Assembly (NCBI GenBank): GCA_017960905.1
Contig: JAGCYH010000029.1
Location: forward strand, 10,948-74,947
From: Bacteroidales bacterium
GTDB taxonomy: Bacteria > Bacteroidota > Bacteroidia > Bacteroidales > Marinilabiliaceae
Reading direction: 5' to 3'
Length of the DNA: 64,000 nucleotides
Part shown: positions 8,901-16,694 of the stretch, piece after piece
Layout of the letters: the number at the start of each line of letters is the position of its first letter
Position numbering within the stretch: the stretch's first letter is position 1
Notes under the pieces: model-generated
The model's input: the letters and a program-made list of their open reading frames with translations, nothing else
What the model was told of the DNA's origin: nothing
The model's database searches: none
Program-made: the position numbers and the translations under genes

Positions 8901-9760
8901 GCAACAACCACGTTGTTTCGAAGCGTCAGCCGTTGCTCATCAATACCGGACTGATAGTCAATAAAGTACTGCCGCCGATAGCATCCAGCTCGTCGGAGTA
9001 CGGCAGCAACTACACCGAGCAGTCGAAACTGATAGCGGCATACATGCGCGCTGAGCTTCAGCGCGTTACCGATGAGTGCGGCACTGTCGACGACCCATAT
9101 TACTACAGCGCGGTGATACGCAACTACACTTATAAAAGTCCGGAACTTGAGTGGTACATGCGTATCAAGATACGCATGGAGAAGTGCTACCGGTTTTTCG
9201 ATGAGCTGATACCGCCTGCGGCGAAAATATGCGACATAGGCTGCGGCTACGGCCCGCTCGATTTTATGCTGGCACTGCACCGCCGCCAGCGCGCCATCGT
9301 CGGCATCGATTACGATGCCGACAAGATACAGACAGCGCAGAACTCGTTCCTCTGCCGTCAGCTCAATGCGCAGGGCAGCAGCATGCGTTTCGAGGCGGCC
9401 AATGCCGCCGAATATGACTTGCCCGAGTCCGATGTCTTTGTGCTCAACGACGTTCTGCATTACATGCCTTACGAGACGCAACGCACTGTGCTTGAGCGTT
9501 GTTTCGCAAAGCTCAACAACGGCGGCATGGTGATAGTGCGTGATGGAAATACAGAAAAGACTGAAAAACAAAAAGTTACGGCTCTTACAGAGCGTTTCTC
9601 AACGCGAATATTCAACTTCAACAAGACCGAAGGTGAGCTCTGTTTCACCAATACATCGACGATACGCGGGATAGCCGCAGCAAACGGGTTTTCGTGCGAA
9701 ACGCACGAAAAAGAGAAACGCACGTCGAATACGATTTACATCCTGCGTCGTAGGACATAA
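5906..9760 (+). CDS. trifunctional MMPL-family transporter / lysophospholipid acyltransferase / class I SAM-dependent methyltransferase
   Basis: Single ~1284-aa ORF; the track start at 5903 is TTG and an ATG follows at 5906. The N-terminal ~800 aa carry two multi-TM bundles separated by large soluble loops (RND/MMPL-like). Acyltransferase HX4D motif NHTSFID starts at 8591, and FPEGTRS starts at 8792. Methyltransferase motif I DIGCGYGPL starts at 9233. Confidence 0.8.
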   Translation: MKTFFVGIYRFFGKHKTLFYIVLCATIVALAFFSSRLRLDENLTGFFPKSENAETDFVMKNMKAVDKIVVIISQRDTVNQDSYTLMDAAEMYNDSLTARIDTAVQVSLYYDDSATDEIISYVFEQMPLLYTEADFAQLDSLTTDAALTSRMATNRDLMLSPLSTGLAQILANDPIGLSTNVLTRLRGISEDSPMTMVDGYIMDVQNRNLVMFINLSDDFAQTGDNARLVSEIRSLAQSVAEACNVDFYVYGAPVVAVANSERVKADETLTLSIAIGIITIVILLMFRRKRTIFVILMPVVVGGLFACAVVSMLGIELSLISIGAGATVLGVAMSYSIHMVTHSLHSRSIEELIADMAYPMTVGSITTIGAFIGLVFTQSKILHDLGLFASLALVGTLLFSLIFLPHFLTPEADEKRSFTLRFIERISGYDYSRNKILVAVLLIVTAVCAFYFTDVRFNSDMTKLNYQGDEWIEQSRQVTEHVLEVDGHRATLVVTGRNVDELARNGAALSAKAETLHDQGLSRCSSLAPAFIVPTEEQQRRIARWNNFWTAERKARVVSVLDREAAKNGFAPNAFDGFKTLIDRQYEPQQLTDADIAESVLFGEWISKTDSTYMLYFNITVDVENRDAIMEQLVSERNAVVTDMGYFVRKATSGIVDDFNMILWISSFLVGFVLLLSYGRFELFFMTFLPMCVSWVIILGLMAIFGVEFNVVNIILSTFIFGVGDDFSIFIMDGLQSEYNRGKRMLASHKTAIALSAFAIIVGLGAQVFAQHPAVKSIGLLSIFGMVAVIITSYIVQPILFRCFIAKPAIAGLPYTLMNVLKSLFFYVIFLVGCVLSNVVLLLVVVLPIGRKRKSRAMHVFVCGFMRLFYNLIGLVFKIKKIGKVDFSKPSVIIANHTSFIDIIAVLAMSPRIILMTKSWVTSSPFFGLLVQYCGFYNVDQDNADLIETMRRCVVDGYSIMVFPEGTRSADGQIHRFHKGAFKIANDLGLDITPVIMYGNNHVVSKRQPLLINTGLIVNKVLPPIASSSSEYGSNYTEQSKLIAAYMRAELQRVTDECGTVDDPYYYSAVIRNYTYKSPELEWYMRIKIRMEKCYRFFDELIPPAAKICDIGCGYGPLDFMLALHRRQRAIVGIDYDADKIQTAQNSFLCRQLNAQGSSMRFEAANAAEYDLPESDVFVLNDVLHYMPYETQRTVLERCFAKLNNGGMVIVRDGNTEKTEKQKVTALTERFSTRIFNFNKTEGELCFTNTSTIRGIAAANGFSCETHEKEKRTSNTIYILRRRT

Positions 9761-9803
9761 GAAAGTGACGGTGAAAATGCCGCAGCGACGTTCAGAAAAT
9801 TAA

Positions 9804-9835
9804 TTTGTCAATGGAATTAGTTTTTTATACCTTTG
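9804..9835 (+). promoter_or_regulatory. Bacteroidetes sigma-ABfr-type promoter of pheS (-33 TTTG, -7 TAccTTTG)
   Basis: TTTG at 9804..9807, a 20-nt spacer, then TACCTTTG at 9828..9835. The ATG lies 23 nt downstream. Confidence 0.55.
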
Positions 9836-9857
9836 CGCACTGAAAAAAACTAATACG

Positions 9858-10877
9858 ATGTTAGATAAGATTAAAGCTCTTGTAGAAGAGGTGAAAGCTC
9901 TGAGCGCCGCTTCGGCCGAGCAGGCCGAAGCGCTCAGAATCAAATATTTGAGTAAGAAAGGTGCCGTTTCGGCGCTCTTCGATGAGTTTAAGAACGTGCC
10001 GGCTGAGAAGAAACGCGAAGTCGGTCAGCGTCTCAATGAGCTTAAGAATCTGGCTCAAGAGAAAATCAATGCACTGAAAGACAGCTTTTTAGGCAAAGAA
10101 CAAAACTCCAAAGCTGTCGATGTTACACTGCCTGGCACATCGGCTGCCTTCGGCGGCCGACATCCGCTTTCGATTGTGAAAGACGACATTGTCGAGATTT
10201 TCTCGCACATGGGATTCACAGTGGCCGAAGGCCCTGAGGTTGAGGACGATTGGCACGTTTTCACCGCGCTCAACTTCCCGCTTGAGCATCCCGCTCGCGA
10301 CATGCAGGATACGTTTTTTATAAATACCAATCCTGACATACTTTTGCGTACCCACACTTCGAGTGTTCAAGTGCGCACCATGGAGCGTCAGAAACCGCCT
10401 ATTCGCGCCGTGTTCCCCGGCCGCGTGTTCCGCAACGAGGCCATCTCGGCCCGCGCCCACTGCATTTTCCACCAAATCGAAGGCCTCTATATCGCTAAAG
10501 ATGTTTCTTTCGCAGATTTGAAGCAAGTGCTGCTTACTTTCGCCAAAGAGTTCTTTGGCGCCGACACGCAGATTCGCCTTCGCCCATCGTATTTCCCATT
10601 CACAGAACCTTCGGCCGAGATGGACGTAAGTTGCTCGCTTTGTGGTGGTAAGGGCTGCAGCGTATGCAAAGGTACAGGTTGGCTCGAGATTCTCGGTTGC
10701 GGTATGGTCGATCCAGCCGTGCTCGAGAGCAACGGCATCGACAGCAAGGAGTACACTGGCTTCGCATTCGGCATGGGCGTGGAGCGTATAGCTATGCTCA
10801 AGTATCAGGTGAAGGACATTCGCCTCTTCTTCGAAAACGACATGCGTTTCCTATCGCAATTTAAATCTGCATTTTAA
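9858..10877 (+). CDS. pheS: phenylalanine--tRNA ligase alpha subunit
   Basis: 339 aa. Class II aaRS motifs (FRNEAISARAH, GFAFGMGVERIAML) and a typical PheS N-terminal coiled region. Confidence 0.93.
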   Translation: MLDKIKALVEEVKALSAASAEQAEALRIKYLSKKGAVSALFDEFKNVPAEKKREVGQRLNELKNLAQEKINALKDSFLGKEQNSKAVDVTLPGTSAAFGGRHPLSIVKDDIVEIFSHMGFTVAEGPEVEDDWHVFTALNFPLEHPARDMQDTFFINTNPDILLRTHTSSVQVRTMERQKPPIRAVFPGRVFRNEAISARAHCIFHQIEGLYIAKDVSFADLKQVLLTFAKEFFGADTQIRLRPSYFPFTEPSAEMDVSCSLCGGKGCSVCKGTGWLEILGCGMVDPAVLESNGIDSKEYTGFAFGMGVERIAMLKYQVKDIRLFFENDMRFLSQFKSAF

Positions 10878-10898
10878 TCAATAAAAATATCAACGAAA

Positions 10899-11549
10899 AT
10901 GAAAAAGATTCTGACATCTCTGCTTTTGGGTATTGCTCTTATAATGAGTAATATACCCGCATCGGCTCAATATGAGTACAGCCCCAATCAGGCTTCGGCC
11001 GGCATTGGCCTTATAACGCATTGCGACATTCTTGAGATCACATCCGACATTATTCTCACTGGTTTTGGTGTTGCCGAGATGAAATTCGGCAGCGACGACG
11101 AGGCTGGCATTGCATACAACTTCCAGTACAACCGCCGTTTCACCAAACATCTGAGCGCCGGTGCCGATTTCACTTATCAGCGCATTACCAATGGCGTTTA
11201 TCCGGGCTGGATAGAGAAAAGCCTCAGCAAAGAGGAGAAAAATGAGATGGTTGGCAAAATGAAGAGCCACTACCTCAGCCTTATACCGTTGGCAAAACTC
11301 TTCTGGTTCGATACGAAATATGTGGGTATGTATTCGAAGTTGGGTTTGGGCATCACCTTCCTCGACCGCGAATACGATCCTTGCAAAGCTCAGTACAGCC
11401 ATGTCGAGAAGAATTCAAACCGCCACTGTTTTCTTGGCCTGCAGTTGTCGCCTATTGGTATTGAGGTGGGTCGCGACATGCGCGGTTTCCTCGAATTTGG
11501 CTATGGTACTATGGGTCTGATCAACTTCGGATTGGAAGCCACATTCTGA
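10899..11549 (+). CDS. small outer-membrane beta-barrel protein (hypothetical)
   Basis: Signal peptide MKKILTSLLLGIALIMSNIPASAQ. Alternating hydrophobic pattern, many G/Y/F residues, and a C-terminal Phe (..GLEATF). Confidence 0.5.
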   Translation: MKKILTSLLLGIALIMSNIPASAQYEYSPNQASAGIGLITHCDILEITSDIILTGFGVAEMKFGSDDEAGIAYNFQYNRRFTKHLSAGADFTYQRITNGVYPGWIEKSLSKEEKNEMVGKMKSHYLSLIPLAKLFWFDTKYVGMYSKLGLGITFLDREYDPCKAQYSHVEKNSNRHCFLGLQLSPIGIEVGRDMRGFLEFGYGTMGLINFGLEATF

Positions 11550-11552
11550 CAA

Positions 11553-12167
11553 ATGTACACTGTATTTTTCGGCGAGCGCCGTCTCATTATTACCGACAAA
11601 CCCGAGAAGGCTATGCCTTCGGAAGGGTTCGATGCTTTGCATAAGTATTCCACACTCAACGAGTTGCGTCAGTTTGTCGCGAGGTTTTCCGAGCGCAGCG
11701 AACTGAAGAACGGTTGCGTCTATTTCCACAGCGTCTCTACGCTGTGGCAGCAGTTCTGCTCGCTTTTCAGAGTGATAGAGGCCGCTGGTGGCATAGTGCA
11801 AAATGCTAATGGAGAGGTGCTTGTGATCGACCGCCGCGGATATATCGATTTGCCGAAAGGCAAATCGGAGGCAGGCGAGACACCCGAGCAAAACGCTCTG
11901 CGCGAAGTGAATGAGGAGACAGGCCTTACAGGCCTGTCGGTCATTCGCCACGTAGCCGACACGTATCACACATATCCGCTTGATGGCGTAACAGCCTTAA
12001 AACGAACCACTTGGTATGCAATGCAAGTGCTCGGCGCACCCACTCCGACACCGCAGACCGAAGAAGACATAGTGGAGGCACGTTGGGTGTCGAAGGACGA
12101 ATTCCACCGGCTTGCCAATCGTACGTATGTGTCTCTGAAAGAGATTTTTACCAAAACAGATTTTTAA
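11553..12167 (+). CDS. NUDIX hydrolase
   Basis: Nudix box fits GX5EX7REUXEEXGU: GKSEAGETPEQNALREVNEETGL. Confidence 0.85.
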   Translation: MYTVFFGERRLIITDKPEKAMPSEGFDALHKYSTLNELRQFVARFSERSELKNGCVYFHSVSTLWQQFCSLFRVIEAAGGIVQNANGEVLVIDRRGYIDLPKGKSEAGETPEQNALREVNEETGLTGLSVIRHVADTYHTYPLDGVTALKRTTWYAMQVLGAPTPTPQTEEDIVEARWVSKDEFHRLANRTYVSLKEIFTKTDF

Positions 12168-12184
12168 TTTTTACACATTATCTC

Positions 12185-12262
12185 GAGACGCACGGCCGTG
12201 TTCTTAGTAGAGATGCACGACCGTGCGTCTCTACTTTACTCTTTACACCTTACACTTTACTC
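12185..12262 (+). repeat. hairpin (GAGACGCACGG...CCGTGCGTCTC) followed by CTTTAC-rich low-complexity run
   Basis: An 11-bp perfect stem flanks a 27-nt loop, followed by CTTTACTCTTTACACCTTACACTTTACTC. It may also act as the terminator for the NUDIX gene. Confidence 0.7.
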
Positions 12263-12993
12263 TATATCGAGCATCTGTATTTTTTCAATTCTTTTTCGAG
12301 CAATTGCTCTTTGCCTTCGCAAAGAGCATTGACAACCTCGTGGAAATGCCGTCCGTGGTTGTCTTCGATGAGGTGTCCGAGTTCGTGAAAAATAACGTAG
12401 TCGATCAGGTGTTGCGGCAGTCGCATCAGCTGAGTGTTGAGGCATATTATAGCGCGTTTCTTGCAGCAGCTGCCCCACTGGGTCTTCATGTTTTTAATGC
12501 GCAGCGTGGTGTATTTCAGATTGGCTCGTTCGGCCAGTTCTTTCAGTCGTGGCGGCAGATATTTGTGTGCTTCGACCTTCAGCGCAAAATCTATTCCGCG
12601 TTTGATAAGTTCCTGAATATATTCGCTTTCAAAGTCTGTGTCGTTGTTGTACGTCAGTTCTATGCGGCCTTGAGCCACCCGTATGCGCTCTGTTCGGGCG
12701 CTGTCGTCGCACGTCATTACAAGTGTGTGGTCGCGTGTGGCAAACTGCGTTTGCGGGTTGAACACTACGCGCTTTATCATATTTTTCTGCTTCAGGTTAT
12801 TTATAAACTGAACAATGCGGTCGCGGTTGCTGTCTAAGAAGTTGGTTATGAGTAGAGTAGGTGTGTTTCGGGGAGCCGAAACACGCACCGTGCCTTGTAT
12901 CGAAACCTTCACACTTATATAAAGCGCATTCGCCCTCTCGTTCACTTCAACAGTGCCGAAGGGCGAATGCTCTATGCTGTAAGTACACGACAT
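12262..12993 (-). CDS. YgjP-like (DUF45 / M48-type) metal-dependent hydrolase
   Basis: WGSCCKK..ICLNTQLMRLPQHLIDYVIFHELGHL contains the HExxH zinc motif typical of the DUF45 family. Confidence 0.75.
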   Translation of the reverse strand: MSCTYSIEHSPFGTVEVNERANALYISVKVSIQGTVRVSAPRNTPTLLITNFLDSNRDRIVQFINNLKQKNMIKRVVFNPQTQFATRDHTLVMTCDDSARTERIRVAQGRIELTYNNDTDFESEYIQELIKRGIDFALKVEAHKYLPPRLKELAERANLKYTTLRIKNMKTQWGSCCKKRAIICLNTQLMRLPQHLIDYVIFHELGHLIEDNHGRHFHEVVNALCEGKEQLLEKELKKYRCSI

Positions 12994-13001
12994 TCAGTGA
13001 G

Positions 13002-14039
13002 TTAATAGAATATTTGCGCGCCTGTTTTCGAGTGGCCGGTTACGACAATGCTGCCTTTGCCGGTGTTGAGTTTTTTGTTTTTCGATGTGCCTTTGGCAAT
13101 GAGCGACGCTTTAGAGTTTTCGCTCGTCAGAGCGAAAGTCAGCTCTTCTTTTGTGTTCTGGAGTCGCAGATTCACTTTGCCTTCGGTTGTCTCGAAGTCC
13201 GACGAGCCGGTCAGTGTGATGTATTTCGAGCCCAGCACTGCGCCTTTGGTGGTTTTTATGTGCATGTCGGCCTTCACGTCGTAGAGGTTTACGGGGCTGC
13301 TCGTCGTGTTGATGTTGAGCGTTCCGGTGAAAGTCGAAATCTTTATCGAGCCCGAACTGCCTTTTATAGTGAGCGTTCCATCGATGTTGCTGTACGTTTG
13401 CGTGCCGGCTATAGTGCTGCATTTCAGGTTGCCTTTGGCGTTGGTGAGAGCGAACGCGCCGTCAGGCGTGTCGAACGACATGTTGCCGTCGACGTTCTCG
13501 GCTGTTATGCTGCCCGTCGACGAGGCGAACGACATGTTGCCTTTGACGTTTTCTATTGTGTATGAGCCGTTTTTGGTCTCAATGTTCATATTTCCGTTGC
13601 AATCTTTCACTGTCACCTTGCCTTGCGTGGTTGTGGCGGTTATGTTGCAGTTGCTCATGCCGCTGATGTCCAGATAGCCCGATGTCGATGTGATGTTCAG
13701 TGCTACGTCGGGTTTCACCGAGAGCGTTATCTCGCCGGCGAACGATGCGCTTCCCTCTGGCACTGTTACCGTTACGGTGTATTCATTGCCGGCTTCGGCA
13801 ATGTTGATTGCATAGCCTTCCTCTTCCACCATGGCTTCGAGTTTTCCGCTTATGGTGTTCTCGCTATCCGACTGATTTACAATTATTTTGCAAAAACGAC
13901 AATCGACATTTATTTTCGTGGCGTTCGGAATGTTTTTGCTTGTTTCGCACATTGTTTTCAATGGTTTTACTTCGGCGAATGTTGATAAAGTGCAAAGCGA
14001 TAATGCACCTATTGTCAGTAATTTAGATATGTTACTCAT
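13002..14039 (-). CDS. DUF4097-type beta-strand repeat protein (putative adhesin)
   Basis: Signal peptide, then many degenerate ~20-aa repeats (..GNM.I.T.NGS..I..V.G...) characteristic of DUF4097. Confidence 0.65.
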   Translation of the reverse strand: MSNISKLLTIGALSLCTLSTFAEVKPLKTMCETSKNIPNATKINVDCRFCKIIVNQSDSENTISGKLEAMVEEEGYAINIAEAGNEYTVTVTVPEGSASFAGEITLSVKPDVALNITSTSGYLDISGMSNCNITATTTQGKVTVKDCNGNMNIETKNGSYTIENVKGNMSFASSTGSITAENVDGNMSFDTPDGAFALTNAKGNLKCSTIAGTQTYSNIDGTLTIKGSSGSIKISTFTGTLNINTTSSPVNLYDVKADMHIKTTKGAVLGSKYITLTGSSDFETTEGKVNLRLQNTKEELTFALTSENSKASLIAKGTSKNKKLNTGKGSIVVTGHSKTGAQIFY

Positions 14040-14106
14040 GTTTGTAAAATTTTTTAGTGAACATTGTTTTTACGAAACAAACGCCAATTTTGTTCGGTTC
14101 TATTTA

Positions 14107-14190
14107 ATGAGTAAAGTATAGTAAAGTATAAAGAGTAAAGTATAAAGAGTAAAGTGTAATGTGTAGAGACGTTGCGTGCAACGTCTCAAT
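14107..14190 (-). repeat. inverted counterpart: GTAAAG-rich run followed by hairpin GAGACGTTGC..GCAACGTCTC
   Basis: Its reverse complement reads GAGACGTTGCACGCAACGTCTCTACACATTACACTTTACTCTTTATACTTTACTC.... It shares the CGTCTCTA junction and the TACACTTTACTCT and CTTTACTCTTTA blocks with 12185..12262. Confidence 0.7.
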
Positions 14191-14396
14191 CACGAACGCA
14201 GATGACACAGATTTTTTTATTGTTAATTCGTTCCTTTTTTGTTTTGTTCGGTTCTCTTTAATGTGATTATTATTTTGTGAGAAAAGATTTTTTTGTATGT
14301 TTGCAAAAATAAATCAAACCTGCAACCGATGGATTTCTCTCAAATGTCAGAAAATGAGAATAATATACATTTTATTAACAATTAAACATTTATAGT

Positions 14397-15569
14397 ATGA
14401 AGAAGCTTTATTCTATTTTTGCGCTGCTTATAGCAGCAAATGTAACAGCACTTGCCGATGCCCCCGACTTCGAATATGTTGACCTTGGTCTGCCTTCGGG
14501 TACATTGTGGGCCAAATGGAATGTAGGCGCCACTGCGCCTCAGGGATTTGGCGATTATTTCGCTTGGGGCGAGGTGGAGCCTTACTATTCGTCATTAGAC
14601 CCTCTGGCATGGAAAGAGGGCAAGGAGGACGGCTACGCTTGGTCTTCTTACAAGTATATTGACGCCAACGTATTTAGCAATTCTGAGATTCTTGAAAAGG
14701 GTTTGTGTGTAACAAAATACACCTTTGCTGATGGCCAAACCAGCGGCGTTTGGTATGACAGTGAGGGTAATTTTATTGGCGACAATAAAACCCTGCTCGA
14801 ACCCGCCGATGATGCTGCTACCGTAAACTGGGGCGCAGGATGGATTATGCCCTCAAATGAACAATGGCAGGAGCTAATTGACGAATGTTATTCTGTATGG
14901 ACCGATGACTATAACGGAACGGGAGTAGCAGGTATCATAGTATATGCCACTGATGTTGAAGCTGATAAAGGAGTGTATGTCAAATCAGGAGAAACACCCA
15001 AAGAGTCGTACATTATTGGCCCCGATAACCATATTTTCTTGCCAGCCTCTGGATACTATGATGGTGCGGTTCTTAATGATGGGTTTTATGGATGGTCGGC
15101 TTCGGCCTCAACAGATGAATACTCGTACTATTGTTTGTATCCGTGTCTAGATAATGGTGTTTTTGGCAATAGCCGAGGAGGCCGATTTTTTGGTGACCCA
15201 GTTCGTGCGGTGCGTGCCAAGAGTTATACTGTGCAAATACAGCAGCCTGCCGAAAATGGCGGAATTATATTGGAAGATGACGATATAAGCCTTGCCGAAG
15301 GCGTGTTAGAGCGCACCATACTTCACTTCAAAGCCGATCCTAACGATGATTACGAACTCGATGAATGGACTGGCTGCAAAGCCGATGGTACGCTGGTGGT
15401 AACAGGCAATGCCACAGTTACTTGCTCGTTCAAACCGAAAACAACCACAGCAGTTAAAAACGAAAAAGCCGACGCGCTAAAAGTGCAGAAAGTGATTGAA
15501 AACGGCACAATGTACATCATCAGAGATGGTGAGAAATACAGCCTGCAAGGTGTGAAATGTAATGAGTAA
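14397..15569 (+). CDS. secreted protein with DUF1566/FISUMP-like N-domain and conserved short C-terminal tail
   Basis: Signal peptide MKKLYSIFALLIAANVTALA. Motifs YVDLGLPSGTLWAKWNVGA..GDYFAWGE and GWIMPSNEQWQEL. C-terminal beta-sandwich-like region and a YIIRDGEKY tail shared with 4272..5765. Confidence 0.6.
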   Translation: MKKLYSIFALLIAANVTALADAPDFEYVDLGLPSGTLWAKWNVGATAPQGFGDYFAWGEVEPYYSSLDPLAWKEGKEDGYAWSSYKYIDANVFSNSEILEKGLCVTKYTFADGQTSGVWYDSEGNFIGDNKTLLEPADDAATVNWGAGWIMPSNEQWQELIDECYSVWTDDYNGTGVAGIIVYATDVEADKGVYVKSGETPKESYIIGPDNHIFLPASGYYDGAVLNDGFYGWSASASTDEYSYYCLYPCLDNGVFGNSRGGRFFGDPVRAVRAKSYTVQIQQPAENGGIILEDDDISLAEGVLERTILHFKADPNDDYELDEWTGCKADGTLVVTGNATVTCSFKPKTTTAVKNEKADALKVQKVIENGTMYIIRDGEKYSLQGVKCNE

Positions 15570-15595
15570 AGTGTCAGGCTATTTATAATACAATT

Positions 15596-15632
15596 AAAAA
15601 GGCGTTTGAGCGAAAGCTCAAACGCCTTTTTT
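15596..15632 (+). terminator. intrinsic terminator
   Basis: GGCGTTTGAGC-GAAA-GCTCAAACGCC followed by TTTTTT. Confidence 0.8.
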
Positions 15633-15890
15633 CGTTACATTCGGTGTTTTCTCTGCAGTAAGGCAGCATGTTTCAGTGTTTTCCGAGTGTTTCGGGGTTA
15701 AAAATACTTTGCGCTTTCAGCGCGGCAACAATGGTAATACATTGTTTCCCAAGGCGTTGCCTTGGGTTCTGGATTTTTGCCCTTTCAGGGCGTTGTTCAT
15801 TTTTCATTGTTAATTGTTAATCGTTCATTCTCAATTAGTTTCATTTGTCCGACGCCGCAAGGCGTCATTTGTTCTGTTTTGTTTTATTCG

Positions 15891-16080
15891 GTGATAATTT
15901 TATCGTGTTTTTCGTGTTTTCCGTGGTTATTTTCGTAATTGGCTACGCCGAACTTCGTTTCGTAATTCGTAATTCGTAATTTTCTCCGTGTCCTCTGTTT
16001 TCTCCGCGTTCTCTGTGATATATTTTTATCGTTTCTTCCGTGGTTAAAATTCGTATTTCGTAATTCAAAATTCGTAATTA
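15891..16080 (+). repeat. composite short-repeat region: duplicated ~50-bp unit, (TTCGTAA)3 microsatellite, 17-18-bp doublet
   Basis: GTGATAATTTTATCGTG..TTCCGTGGTTA..TTCGTAATT (15891-15950) recurs as GTGATATATTTTTATCGT..TTCCGTGGTTA..TTCGTAATT (16016-16079). TTCGTAA x3 lies at 15959..15981. TTCTCCGTGTCCTCTGT/TTCTCCGCGTTCTCTGT lies at ~15982..16016. Confidence 0.8.
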
Positions 16081-16101
16081 TAAAAATTGCCTTCAAAATA
16101 T

Positions 16102-16109
16102 TAACTTTG
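16102..16109 (+). promoter_or_regulatory. -7 box TAacTTTG upstream of rimM
   Basis: Matches TAnnTTTG, 33 nt before the ATG at 16142. Confidence 0.45.
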
Positions 16110-16141
16110 CACCCGAAAATGATAAATGTTTCTTTTTGAAA

Positions 16142-16669
16142 ATGATAGAAAAGGCGAATACAGTTCACGTGGGTGTCATCTCGAAGCCGCATGGCGTCGG
16201 CGGTGAGGTGGTTGCGCACGTTGGCGTTGGTTTCGATGCGAGCTGTTTCGAGCAGGAGTTCCTTTTCGTCGAAATCGACGGCGGTCTGGTGCCTTTTCAT
16301 GTTGCGCATGTGCGCAACAAAAATCAGGAAGAAGCTATCGTCAAATTCGATTTTGTCGACAATCAGCAAGAGGCTAAACGCTTTGTACAGTGCAAGTTGT
16401 ATGCCGACCGCCATTCGCTCGTCGCAGCCGAAGACGCCGACGAGATGCAGATCGGAATGCTTGTCGGTTACGAGTGTTTTACCGCCAATGGCGGTAAAAT
16501 AGGCATCATAACCGACATCGACGAACAGAACGGCACCAATCCGCTTTTTGTAGTGGAACACGCTGGCGATGAGGTGCTTATACCTATCGTCGATGAGTGG
16601 ATTGTTGATATCGACGAGGACAAGCGACAGTTGTCGCTTGATTTACCCGAAGGACTAATAGACTTATAA
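16142..16669 (+). CDS. rimM: ribosome maturation factor RimM
   Basis: The ISKPHGVGGEV motif is the typical RimM N-terminus. The track start at 16136 is TTG; the ATG at 16142 lies 33 nt after a TAacTTTG box. Confidence 0.85.
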   Translation: MIEKANTVHVGVISKPHGVGGEVVAHVGVGFDASCFEQEFLFVEIDGGLVPFHVAHVRNKNQEEAIVKFDFVDNQQEAKRFVQCKLYADRHSLVAAEDADEMQIGMLVGYECFTANGGKIGIITDIDEQNGTNPLFVVEHAGDEVLIPIVDEWIVDIDEDKRQLSLDLPEGLIDL

Positions 16670-16694
16670 ACAGATAATTATAACACAAAATACG

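Noticed and set aside
12223-12837. 204-aa plus-strand ORF antisense to the DUF45 hydrolase gene
   Set aside because: It starts inside the CTTTAC low-complexity run, has no motifs, and lies opposite a gene with a clear HExxH family signature.
15884-16561. 225-aa minus-strand ORF spanning the repeat region and the rimM 5' end
   Set aside because: Its C-terminal part translates the microsatellite and word repeats (RRKQRTRRKLRITNYE...), and the remainder is antisense to rimM.
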